Below, piece by piece: positions 52,075 through 64,000 of a stretch of DNA of 64,000 nucleotides (the stretch's first letter is position 1; each line of letters starts with the position of its first letter). The notes under the pieces are model-generated. The model ran no database searches and was not told where the DNA came from. It was given only the letters and a program-made list of their open reading frames with translations. The stretch comes from Octopus bimaculoides (Eukaryota). Position numbers and translations under genes: made by a program. The stretch is taken from contig NC_068985.1 of assembly GCF_001194135.2 (NCBI RefSeq), positions 16,831,861 through 16,895,860 of the forward strand, given 5' to 3'.

Positions 52075-52658
52075 GGATCTATTTTAAAACGGGGGGCCAC
52101 ATTTTTCATTAATGTTTTACGTAGTGTTTTTGGTACCGAAAGACTTTCAAACTTCGTATACTTATCTATTTTGTGTTATAGAACAGAAAAATNNNNNNNN
52201 NNNNNNNNNNNNNNNNNNNNNNNNNNNNNNNNNNNNNNNNNNNNNNNNNNNNNNNNNNNNNNNNNNNNNNNNNNNNNNNNNNNNNNNNNNNNNNNNNNNN
52301 NNNNNNNNNNNNNNNNNNNNNNNNNNNNNNNNNNNNNNNNNNNNNNTTTTTTTTTCTTCATTTTATTTGCTTTTTTCTTTTTAAATTTGCTGTTTTACCC
52401 TAACCCTATCACCGATAGAATTGTTTCAGAATCGTTTGTTTATGTAGTCGGCACTTAATGTATATTGGCTGAATGGACGTCAGTGATTGGTTGAAATTAC
52501 AGAAATACGACAACTTTAACATGGAATAACTTAGGGATTTCTTTTTTTTTTAAGAAGACTAAGAGAAAAAGATGTTTTATATGACACATTCTACCAGTGT
52601 TCCAAGTTTCAAAGTGTTTCGTTAATGAAAAATGTGGCTCCCGTTTTAAAAAAGATCT
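52075..52658. mobile_element. Non-autonomous TIR-like element flanked by ~110-bp direct repeats
   Basis: Ends ggatctattttaaaacggggggccacatttttcattaa and ttaatgaaaaatgtggctcccgttttaaaaaagatct are imperfect inverted repeats; internal accctaaccct motif. Direct repeats at 51965-52074 and 52659-52766. Confidence 0.7.
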
Positions 52659-52804
52659 GCCGTTTTTCATACTTTCTAAGGGTAAACAAATAGGAAATAA
52701 CAGTTTCTAGCCAAGGAGAAAAATCATGTTACGCAGTGTTATGAAACTCTGCAACACGTTACTATCCTCAACATAGTTGAATGACAAAGAGTAATAGTTA
52801 ATTT

Positions 52805-53020
52805 AGTCTTTTCTACTCTAGGCACAAGGCCCGAAACTTTTGGAGATGGGGCCAGTCGATTAGATCGACCCCAGTATGTAACTGGTACTTAATTTATCGA
52901 TCCTGAAAGGATGAAAGCAAAGTTGACCTCAGCGGAATTTGAACTCAGAATGTAGAGACTGACAAAATACTGCTAAGCATTTTGCCCAGTGTGCTAACAT
53001 TTCTGCCAGCACGCTGCCTT
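52805..53020 (-). mobile_element. SINE family D copy
   Basis: Same motifs as 17077-17310 and 33680-33890. Confidence 0.8.
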
Positions 53021-54928
53021 AATTTATTATTAAATAAGTGGATTAATACATAGGATGAACAACTGTGATTACTAATCAAATGTAATTCAATCTTGTTTGT
53101 ATTATGATAGAAGAGTTTGAATAAGTGATTAATTGCAAAAGATTGATATGCAGTGATTGACAAACTGAATTATTGTTCAACCTCAGCTCAGAGAAAGAGT
53201 ATTGAAAGCTACAGTAACTAATGCAACTTTAAGACAGTGGAATATGTTATTCAAAGGATATTTGGTTGTTTCTAAGAACTGGCATATAACAATGTAGGGT
53301 ATAACTTTACATATAACACGTGATCCACCAATCGAAAAACCATTGTCATCAATATTGATGCAACCACACTAGTTTGTTAAGCGTAGAAACTTTAAACAAT
53401 TAAAGATAGTGTGAAGCTATTGTCTCCCTCAAATCACTACCTACCATTAAAAATAAAAGAGGTTAATGGATAATCTAGTCACAGATACCTACATATATAT
53501 ATATTTATATATATATATATACTAATACATCCATTTGTCATTTACACCTCCTGTCTTCGTCTGTTGTTTTTTTCGTGAATTCTCCCTATATATATAAGAC
53601 AGGATGGTCATGGTTGGAACATCTTTGATCATAGGCTTGCTAAATGAGGGCCCACCTGGATCAACAACAAATGATCTATGATTATCATACATCGCAGAAA
53701 AAATAATCTAGGGTTGTGGCAATGAAGAGGTATTTTGTATTACAAACCTGTTCAAGTCATGCCAACATAAAAAGAGACGTTAAAATGGTGATAATTTATG
53801 GTATAAAGAGTGAATAATTTGGTGGAGCTTATTCTATTTTCTCATGTGATAATATATTTTCTATGTAAGTTCACTAACTTTAAAAAAGCAATATTGTGTT
53901 AACCACAATGATTTTGCTGGTTGTACTTATTTAAGATCTTTTGACTTTTGTAAATGGAGATTTCCAATCTCTTTCTCACCTAATACAATTGGTTTCATTA
54001 ATCATATAAAATAGTGTCAGGTGATTTGAAACAAAGTCAGTATTTGATAACTGCATTTATTCTGAAAGTACATTTAGTTATGACATCCAAGGGAGATTTG
54101 GGGTTTTGGCATTTAATATTTGAAAAATTCTGATGTATTAAATAGAGTAAAAATACTTATTCTAAATCCCAGCAAGTATTCAAACTTGAAGAAACAACTC
54201 AACCAATAATTAATTACTTGGTAATTTGATATTTTGAATTGGAATAATATTCAGACGTTTAAGAATTTTTGTTTATCATAAGCAAACAGATAACATTAAA
54301 GCTATTTAACAAAAGAAAAAATGGTGGAAACATAAATTAGCTAAAACTGAGACAGAAGCCCTTATAAGCTATTATAAAGACATTAACTTTCAGATGAACA
54401 ACTTTATTGTAGAATTTCCAATAAAAACAATCAACTTGTTTTCATTATAAGTAGTTCTGAATGAACAATATTGATAAGAGCTACAAAGACAAAATAAAAC
54501 CTAATTATTTAATCATTAAATCATTTATTGGTGAAATTCGCAGTATAGATATTTAATACCAGGTCAGCCCCAACTGAGCAAACTTATAGATCAAAGGTAA
54601 TGAACACCTCAACTGTTTTTTTTTTTTAGGTGTAGTGTATGTATCACTACATAATCCAATGTGTACTTGCTGTATTAAAATGGCAGGGAATGATTTAAAG
54701 GAGATTTGGGTGCTATTTCTAGTAGACTGAGTGACCATGTGGTTTTCAAGAAATGTTATGAGATCAAGGATCGTAAGTACAATGCTAATTTATATAAGAC
54801 ATACTTAAACATACTGGACACAAGCTGGGTTTGACCAAACCCCAACTGGGTCACTTGGATGAGGGTGTCTGATACTGATAGACCCCAAGAAACATTGCTG
54901 ATGATGTGTCCCAGTGCATCACAGAATG

Positions 54929-55317
54929 TCTGTTGTTGCTGTTGGCACTCCGTCGCTTACGACGTCGAGGGTTCCAGTTGATCCGATCAACGGAACAGCC
55001 TGCTCATGAAATTAACGTGCAAGTGGCTGAGCACTCCACAGACACGTGTACCCTTAATGTAGTTCTCGGGGATATTCAGCGTGACACAGTGTGACAAGGC
55101 TGACCCTTTGAATTACAGGCACAACAGAAACAGGAAGTAAGAGAGAAAGTTGTGGTGGAAGAGTACAGCAGGGTTCACCACCATCCCCTGCCAGAGCCTC
55201 GTGGAACTTTAGGTGTTTTCGCTCAATAAACACTCACAATGCCCGGCCTGGGAATCGAAACTGCGATCCTATGACCGCGAGTCTGCTGCCCTAACCACTG
55301 GGCCATTGCGCCTCCAC
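54929..55317 (-). mobile_element. tRNA-derived SINE family C, full length, with 13-bp TSD
   Basis: Head tggaggcgcaatggcccagtggttagggcagcag...tttcgattccc on minus. TSD gcatcacagaatg at 54916-54928 and 55318-55330. Confidence 0.9.
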
Positions 55318-55403
55318 GCATCACAGAATGATGTATGGAAAAAAGACATGTAACAGTATAAGCCAGAAATGTAGAGAAAAATAATTGAATGGAAGAAACT
55401 CAC

Positions 55404-56578
55404 CAAGTATCATGACAGCGGTTTGTTGGGACATTAACATTTTGATGCAACTGGTAATGTTGATCAGGATAGTCTACATTAGTACAATGACGTCTGCTAT
55501 CTAAATGCTGAGAATTGTCAACATAGAAAGAATTAATGTAGTCTTGGGTCTGATGAATAGAGTTTGAATGATAGCCATGTCCAGGAGACTGCTGCGGTAT
55601 CTTAAGACAACCATTTCCATCAGGTGGGATAGCAGAATAAAACTGGGATGATGCATGTGATTGCTGCCTCTGTTCTGGGTGATATGAACGTGCAAAAAAG
55701 GGTGGCGACACCAATGCATTCACAAAATTAAACATCTCAGGGACTTTCTTAGGAGTCATTAAATTAGGATAAGATCCAACAGATAGTGCCTTTCGGTAAA
55801 TATCATCTGCTGTATAGGCAAAGTTTTGGGGAATAACATATTGCTCATAGTTATGTTGTTGTTGTTGTTGCTGCTGTTGTTGATAACCAAGGTTCTCTTG
55901 GTCATGCATTATGTAACTATTAGATGTTACTGATGAAGGAGACTGATTGTAAAAATTATCATTTTTTCCTTTGCCAACAATTTTCCTGTTATTTCTCCAC
56001 ATATCTTCTCCATGATATTTACTGGTGTTGTCTTTCTTTTTCCTATGACTTTGATTAAACAAGTTAGTAATTGTATTCGAAAAATTAGATGACCTGACCA
56101 AATCAATATTTTGGTTAGCATTGATATCAGGCCGATGTGTTGTCAGCCCCAAATCTTCATTATCAGAGTTGTTATCAAGAGGACTAACATCAATGGAATC
56201 TGTAACCAGTGGACCATTTGATTTGTCAAGGTGATGATCATCATTATTCTCTAATAATATAGCTGATAATGAAGACTTCACAGAGTTTTGGGAAGGAATT
56301 CTTTTGTTCTTGCATCGACTGGATCCACTTGCAAATTCTTTACTTTGACTATTATTCCTGTGAAATTCATGTGCTACTTGTCCTATACTGTTATTAAGTG
56401 AGATTTTTGAAGAGTCTTTAAAACTATTGATTGGACTATAATTGTCCCAGGCCACATCTATTTTACCACCGATGGGTAGTTGATTGTCAGTCTGTTCTAA
56501 TGTACTTGCTTTGAGGATTCCACCTTTTGATTTATCATACTCATCTTTTCCCATAGTGCAATGCATCACAATTACATC
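55404..56578 (-). CDS. F-box/LRR gene large 5' exon (low-complexity N/S/Q-rich, poly-Q run; first in-frame ATG at 56566)
   Basis: 1175-nt open frame; ttttattctatttcag| acceptor, TTG|gtgagt donor; phase 2 end fits the next exon. The start codon may be here or in an unidentified upstream exon. Confidence 0.85.
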
Positions 56579-57692
56579 CTGAAATAGAATAAAAACAAAA
56601 TGCAATTAAATGACAAATATCACCACTTTAATAATTTCAAACACATTTCTTTAAACTGTCACTGATTTAATCAGAAACCTTGACCCCCCCCCACCATATA
56701 AAATGTACTGCAACTTTTCTAGTATTATTCATGCCCATTTTCCATGCAGGTATGGGCTGGATGGATCCACATGGGACAAGTTAGTTTTTATATGAAGTTA
56801 CTTCTTCCTAAATGGGTTGGAAAACTATACCTCATTTGTATTTTTCCATTCTGAGCAATGTTTCTCTAGATGAATGTCCTTTCTGATATTAACCACTTTA
56901 CAGAGTATATGGTATACAATTTATCATGGCATAAGTATTAATTCAAAAGCCAGCCACATTACAGGACACTAAGGGCATTTTATTGTGACACCAACAATAG
57001 AAAGGTGCCTTGTCCCCTGCATCACAAAGAAATTCTTTTTACTTGGTGTAGGTAAAAGTGATCCAGAGTGTGACAAAGGAAAGAGCAATGGGATGGTAAG
57101 AGGTAGCAAAGGAGGAGCGAAAGAGTGAGCTTCATGTACAAGGTTGAATAGGGAAGACACAGCACAAGTAGCTTGATGGGAAAGCAAATTAGAATGTCAT
57201 AGTAAGAGAGGGTTGGATATCAACAGAGATGGGTGATGGTAAGAGACAGAGGCACAGAGAGAGTTACACTTTAGTTGTTGGTAGAAGGTTGAAGAGAAAA
57301 CAGCCTAAGCAGCAGAATAGGGTAGAAATAAAAATACATCACAGAGAAAGAGAGAGGGAGACTGAGTGAGTGAGTGAGTGATGGATAGCAACAGATGATG
57401 ACGGTAAGAATGGTATGTTAGTTAAGAGTCACTCGAGGTGAAGGTGAAGGTTAGTCAGTAGTGGAAGGTGACAGAAGGAGATACTGAATATGAGCAGAGC
57501 CAATGCAATTTCTCATTACACAGATTTCACGATGAAAGATATAAGCGATAGAGTGAGGAAGTGGGGTAAATACTATTTAATAAACTGAACAAGTTTTAGC
57601 AACACTCCTATAATTGCTACCATGAAAGATTTTACTATACACAGACTACTAAATCTTTAAATTTTACTTACTACAGTCTTAGTCTGACTTAA

Positions 57693-58039
57693 CATTATTT
57701 ACATTTGACAGATATTTGTCCTCATCTTGTTTGTTAACATGTTTCAGTTAATATACCCTCCAGCCTTCATCAGGTGTCTTTGGGAAATTTCAAACCTGGG
57801 TTCTCATTCCTAAGGTATTTTTCGATGTTGTTGTTATTATTATCATTATTATTCAGGTCACTGTCTGGAATTGAATGAACTCAGAATCTTGGGGTTAGTA
57901 GCCCGTGCTCTTAACCACTGCCATATTAAGGCTGGAGGGTATATCAGCTGAAACGTTGTTAACAACAAACAAGATGAGGACAAATATCTGTCAAATGTAA
58001 ATAATGTACATAATTCCTCATCTCTTAAATATAGAACTG
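57693..58039 (-). mobile_element. tRNA-headed SINE with hammerhead-like tail and inverted terminal duplication (family E, copy 2)
   Basis: TSD tagtctgacttaa at 57680-57692 and 58040-58052. Minus strand: tRNA-like head about 57925-57855, (AAT)n, then AAGACAC-CTGATGA-aggctg...GAAAC at 57780-57741. Inverted tail copy at 57928-58006 plus a ~33-nt extension. Confidence 0.8.
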
Positions 58040-58334
58040 TAGTCTGACTTAAGTTGTAATTAATATACTGTTCACTATACACATGATTAAAGGACTCAGT
58101 CTTTTATTAGTGAATTACATTTTTCATTATCAAATCCATTTTTCTATTCTATGTAGCAAAAAAGAGAAAAATGGAGCCTGAAGATAAATTCAGACCATGC
58201 CAACACAGATGGTTGGTTTGGATGGCATCTTTTCCATCAAACCAAAAGATTATACTCACAGATATTACTCACTAAACTCTTCAATCTCTCTTGGTCAACA
58301 GAAGGCTATCTTAATCTTTGGAAATACACTACAG

Positions 58335-58680
58335 GTGCAGGAGTAGCAGTGTGGTAAGAAGCTTGCTTCCCAACCACATGGTTCTTGGTTCAGTCCTACT
58401 GTGTAGCATCTTGAGCAAGTGTCTTCTGCTACAGCCTTGAGCTAACCAAAACCTTGTGAGTGGATTTAGTAGATGAAAACTGAAGGAAGCCCATCATCTG
58501 TGTGTGTGTGTGTGTGTGTGTGTGCATGCATGCATGTGCACCCCCATCATTGCTTGACAATCAGTGTTGGTGTGTTTGCATCTCGGTAACCTAGCAGTAG
58601 TTCAGCAAACGACTGATAAAATAAGTTCCAAGCTTAAAAAAAAAAGTACTGGGGTTGGTTCATTTGACTAAAATTCAAAT
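58335..58680 (+). mobile_element. SINE family A copy
   Basis: Head, (TG)n and body. Confidence 0.8.
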
Positions 58681-59019
58681 AAAAGACACATTGCATCCCA
58701 TCTCAAAAAACTGTCAAACTCTATGACCTTGTCAACTACTATTCACTTTCAACATGCCCAAGATAATAGAAACTGAACATGTGAACAACCGTCTCCTTCA
58801 AACACACACACACACTTTTTCTCTCTCTCTCTCTCTCTCTTTAGTGATTACCTGTGTGGTTTCTGAAGAGTTAGGTCAACTAGAGACTTATTCTCCTGTG
58901 AAATTCCCTAATAGTTTCTTACCACAGAAAATTTTAGTAAAAGTAATGTTGTGACACCAGATACCAGCAAAACCTTCAGAGACTGGTGTTGATTGCTAGT
59001 TGTGAGTGCAGTCTACACC

Positions 59020-59170
59020 AATCTCTCATCTCTTGGATTTGGAAGCTTCCTGCCAGATCACTCAAGTGTGTGCAGATGGAGCACTCCCCAAACGATATTC
59101 TATCGCCTCCGATGTACCTGAGGATCAGTAATGTCTCTTGCACCTTCCTTTCTTCACATCAGTAGCCTAC
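59020..59170 (+). mobile_element. Decayed CR1/L2-group LINE reverse-transcriptase fragment
   Basis: Frame-shifted reading SWIW..FLPD..VCADG..YSIASDVPEGSV..FLHI resembles WIxxFLxxRxxxVxxDGxxSxxxxIxxGVPQGSVLxPxLFxxxI. Confidence 0.5.
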
Positions 59171-59721
59171 TTGCTGCCATTCTTATGCAGGTATCCAACA
59201 ATTAACTCATTGCAGTCGTCCGCCACACAAACTAAACACCCACTTGCCTGACATACACTGAGGGTAGGAGTTATTAAATTCATAATCATATGTAAACATC
59301 TTATTAAAATAGGAAAATACCAGGTAGAGAACTCTACAATCACTTATTCAGTGCAGTACAATAGTGTTCCAATACATACAAGTGGAAACTTGAGTTTTCT
59401 AGAGTTGATAAAAATAGGTAATAACGATAAAGCTAGAGTTCATTCATCTCGGTAACCTTGACCCTTTAAACAGCACAAAGATTTAATCACTATGCTCTAA
59501 GTTTCACAATCTTTGATACCTCATACTGAAACATGTATACAATTGTCTATCCATTGATGAAAAGTGCTCCTAAGAGATAGCAAATTATTTAACTCAGATT
59601 AATTGTTAATCTGCCACAAAGCAAAGTCAAAAACCCACATTGGACGCACTGTTCATATCTCTAACATATACACTAACAACTGAGAGCAAATGCCCCGATA
59701 AAAACTATTGAGCTGGTTCCT

Positions 59722-60080
59722 TTTCATTTGTTTCAGTCATTAGATTACAGCCATGCTGGGGCACCGCCTTGAAGAATTTTTAGTCAAATAAATCAACCCC
59801 AGTACTATTTTTTCTTTTTTAAGCCTGGTACTTATTCTGTCAGTTTCTTTTGTCAAACTGTTGAATTACAGGGATGTAAAGCCACCAACACTGGTTGTCA
59901 ATTGGTGGGAACAAATACACACACACACACATACGTGTGATGGGATTTTTCTTCAGTTTCTATCAACCAAATTTATACAAGACTTTGGTCAGCCTGAAGC
60001 TATAGTAGAAGATACCTGCCCAAGGTGCCATGCAGTAGGACTGAACTAAAAAGTAAGCTTCACACCACACAACCACACCT
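59722..60080 (-). mobile_element. SINE family A copy
   Basis: Family motifs in reverse orientation. Confidence 0.78.
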
Positions 60081-62899
60081 GTATCTGATTGGTTAAAATT
60101 TAAACAAACTCTCACTCAGCAGCATTTAACTTCCTCTTCCTATCTGTGTTACAGTGTATCACCTCGTAGACACTATTGCAAAGTTAAACATTTTTTCCCC
60201 AATCCTTCCCCCTTGGATTTTTCTTTCCTGTATTTTTAAGCTGATCATCAACTGCATCACTCATCGTCTTTTCAGTTTAGGAGGTTTACAAAACCCATGG
60301 ACATTGCCCACCTCCTTTTTAATCATCATTTTAACATCCAGTTTTCCATGCTTGCATGGGTTGGATAGAATTTGTTGAAGCAGATTTTTTACAGCTAAAT
60401 GCCCTTCCTGCCACCAATCCTCACCTGTTTCCAAGTAATAGTTCCCTATGACCAGACATGTTTTTACAGAAAATTCAAAGTGGACACTTCAATTTGTATG
60501 GCAGTAAGTCTCATTTACAACCATCACAATGTCAAGACAAAGAAACACACACACACATACATTTCACTTTGTCTACTAAAACCTTGGGATTGAACCTGAA
60601 ACCACGTGAATGAGAAGCAAACATCTTAACCACACAGCCATCCCCACACCTAACATAAAAATATTTTCAGTTTGAAAGACACATACAATGTATTACACTA
60701 TTTCTAAGAAGGTTTGATTATTTCATATATCATGCCAAATGAACACCTGATAATTTAGTAGAAATGTTGGCATCCATCACTGGCCTTGTACCTCATCCAG
60801 AGCTCATATATTTCAATCTTAATGATTCAGTTTATCAAGCTTGTAAATAATTACTAAATTACTAAAGTGTATATAAGATGGCATACTAGTGAAAGTAACA
60901 AACAGTGCAAATCTGATCAGTGTTTCACTTGTTTGTGGCCCAAAGTTAAATAATCTTGTATCCTACTTAGCTTAATTAAGAACTAATCCAATAAATTCCT
61001 AAAGTTTACTAAAGATTAACATAAAGAATAACTGGTAAGAGGAATTAATGACCATTAAAATCCAATTTAGCAAAATACATGTAAAATCTATGCAAGATTT
61101 GAGTGCAAAGAATCTACTTTATGAAAATAATACATAATTTATATAATAGGCACATGTGCTCAAGAAATTTGCTTTACAACATGGTTCAGGGACCAATATT
61201 ATTGCATGAAACCTTGGGCAATGTCTTCTAGTGGAGTTTCAGGTTGATCAATAAACTGAATAGGAAATTTGACACACAAACTGTGGAAGCTACATTTGTA
61301 TCTTTTACATATAAACTAAATCATTTTCAATTGGACTTGAATATAAAGCTATATTTGATAGCATGTAGAATATTGGGTCAGAAAATTCTTGGACAGAAAA
61401 TGTCAATGGCTGGGGAAGTTCCACCATTAAAATTGTTTTATTTCATCTTTCTCAAAGTTTCTAAATTCTAATAATGTAAGCATAATTTATAGGCATGTGT
61501 GTGTATACATATATATAGACACACAGACACAATAAAATAAGTATTGTTTCCAATATGATCAGGTAAAACCCACGGTAATGAAGCCCTATCAAGACTGAAG
61601 TCCAATGACTGAAACTAGAAAAAGATAAGGTTAAAATTAGTAACCACCAAACAGCTGTTAAAAGTGTGTGTTTGAATATGAATTGGGAGATAGTTATTCT
61701 CAACTTCTAAATGATTATATAATCAATAGGCATCTATATTTAATACTGGATCAGTTTTAAGAGAAACATTTGTTGGTAAATAGAGGAGAGTAAACTAAGA
61801 ATATTTCCTTATCCAAAACTCTAGACTGATATTAGAGTCAAAGTCATCTACAAAAAAAACAAAAACACCTTAGTTACAATAATAATAATTACTTTCGTGT
61901 ATGTAATAGGTTTCGTTTATTTCCTTAAATTAAAGGGGCTAGAAAATATTTTAATAACTATCAGGAGTTATATAAAAATGAGACACAAACTAAAATTTAA
62001 ACATAACAAAACTGTTGCTGTTATACATAGTAGTGTTTAGTTGTGTTTTGATTTCAAATCCTACTGAGGTCAACATTACTTCTGACCCTTCAGGGGGAGG
62101 AGAAAATACACATCAGATATGTAAACAATCATACCACCAAAACAAAATTTACAGAAAAACTGTAATTATTTCTGATTTAGGGACAAGTCCAGGAGAAGGA
62201 GTATAGCTGACAACATCAACCCCAGTACTTGATGGGTACGTTATATTATCAACCCTACAAGGATGAAAAGCAAAGCTGACCTTGGTGGAATTTAATTCAG
62301 AATGTACAGAGCCACAAAAAGTATTATCAATTTCCCAATGCTATAATGATCTTGTCAATCCATTACACTCAAAAAGTGTAGCTTCTCTATTTTGTACAAG
62401 TTTCATTGAATTATTGAATATACAATAAAGACATTTCATTAATAATAAAATTCATTCTCAATACTTTCTGGTAGATTCAGTTGTGAATATCTGATCGCTG
62501 TTGTTGTTTGCCATTGGAGAACATTTCCCTTAAGATGATGTGTGGTCATAACACATGCAATTTATCTTGAATGGATGTCTAATCATTTGAATTCTTGCTG
62601 GTCTGCATGTTCATTAAATTATTTAAATAACGGAGAATTTGTTTAACCATTTATGATTATATTCTCACTGAAATGTACTGTCTTTGAGTTTCAGTTACTT
62701 ATGAAAATAAGAATTGAGGAATCAAGTAAAATAATTTTTTTCATAATTAAGCTGGTGTTTGTATTATATCATCATTATTATGATGGAAGGTTTTCATTTG
62801 AATATGGATGCTTTGAAAATGCATTTTCTCATAAAACTAAAAGCTTTTTATTTTTTTATTTAGTATGCTGGGTTCAGAGGTTGGAGCAACGACCATGGC

Positions 62900-63230
62900 C
62901 TTTGTAGACTCAAAACCACCAGTAAGATAGATGCTGTTTAAATCATCAACATCTTCAGGAAAGACATGAGCAGGGAAGGGATTTCAAGGGGAACCAATGT
63001 TCTGGAGGGAAAAAGGATTGAGCATAGTAGTTAGTGAAGTGCCTGTGAGTTTAACACAAGAGTGATAAGGGAAGGAAAAAATGTGGGTCAGAAGTGCATG
63101 AAAAGAGGAAGTACAAGACCAGTCAACTCCCAGGAATAGAGACCATTATAGTAGTACTAGGAAAGGCAGAGAGAAGAGACAACACACCTGTGTTTAGCAA
63201 AGGCTGGAGCATTGCTGTGAGTGAGTTGGT
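62900..63230 (-). mobile_element. Decayed CR1/L2-group LINE 3' ORF end
   Basis: Frame-shifted LQPL..HRCVVSSLCL*YYYNG.YSWELTGLV...NYYAQSFFP..SLPAHVFPEDVDDL matches the LQPLxxRRxVASLxxFYRYxxGxCSxEL...YxxSFFPxxxxLWNSLPxxVFP pattern of this LINE group. Confidence 0.6.
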
Positions 63231-63562
63231 ATCAAGAAGTATTATTATTTAATCAAAGGTAAGCCAGCAGAATCATTAGTACTTTGAACAGAATGTTTAG
63301 CAGCATTTCTTCCAGTTCCTTATGTTTTGAGTTCAAATCCTGCTAAGGTCAACTTTACCTGTTATCTTTTCAGGGGTTGATAAAAATGTGTACCAGTCAA
63401 GTACTGGAGGATGATATAATTGACTTGCTCCCACCTCTCAGAATTGCTGGCCTTGTGTCAAAATTAGAATTATTTAATCAGAGAAAAATGAGTAGGGGTC
63501 ATGACTTTCACTGACCCCCCTAAAGTAATAGGATAATGCTCAGCTTCAGCTTCCAAGATTAA

Positions 63563-63815
63563 TCATCATCATCATGTAACGTCCGTTATCCATGCTGGCA
63601 TGGGTTGGATGGTTTGATCAGAGCTGGTAAGCTGAGGGGTTGCACCAGACTCCAGTCTGATTTGGCATAGTTTCTATGGCTAGATGCCCTTCCTAATGCC
63701 AACCATTCCAAGAGTGTAATGGCTACCTTTATGTGCCACCAGCATAGGTGCCAGTTGCATGGCACCAGTATCTGCCATGACTATGATTTCACTTGGTTTG
63801 ATGGGTCTTCTCAAG
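63563..63815 (-). mobile_element. SINE-like family B copy
   Basis: (CAT)n on plus followed by a diverged family B body. Confidence 0.75.
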
Positions 63816-64000
63816 CATGAGAGTGAGTTTCAATTGATTACAGTTCCGGAGCAGCTTGCAAGTTCAAACAAGAAGAAACCAGTGCAGTAGTAGTTATGTA
63901 ACTTTAGATCAGACTTAAGATCGAAAGCAGTTTAACCATAATGATCTCATGTTTTTGTACATCTAGGACAATATTTTCTCACGTATCCCTCCCATTTCAA

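Noticed and set aside
52400-52412. accctaaccct as a telomeric remnant
   Set aside because: Fewer than two full units, and it lies inside a dispersed element.
1-64000. CRISPR arrays, operons, rRNA genes or other prokaryotic-type systems
   Set aside because: The window is intron-containing animal DNA; no regularly spaced repeat-spacer array or rRNA-like sequence was seen.

Overview
AT-rich, repeat-dense eukaryotic scaffold with several N gaps. The SINE repertoire looks like an octopus (coleoid cephalopod) genome; that is my recognition, not a search result. Genes: (1) the last coding exon of ARF6 at 1301-1443 (+), followed by a long A/T-rich 3' UTR. (2) A large minus-strand F-box/LRR gene with 13 visible coding exons (56578 down to 29998). 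It has a ~930-aa low-complexity N-terminus carrying a CxxC-x10-CxxC zinc ribbon, then an F-box and about 11 cysteine-containing LRRs. A phase break shows at least one exon is missing from the assembly. The ~24 kb between these genes holds only weakly supported exon-like segments. Most of the rest is interspersed repeat: four abundant SINE-like families, decayed Penelope-like, CRE-like, RTE, CR1/L2-group and mariner fragments, microsatellites and many fold-back structures. The most interesting observation is a tRNA-headed SINE present twice (32791-33090, 57693-58039). Its tail carries a minimal hammerhead-ribozyme core, and both copies have a Penelope-like inverted terminal duplication and target-site duplications, suggesting a SINE mobilised by Penelope-like machinery. 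No database searches or folding programs were run; repeat boundaries are approximate.
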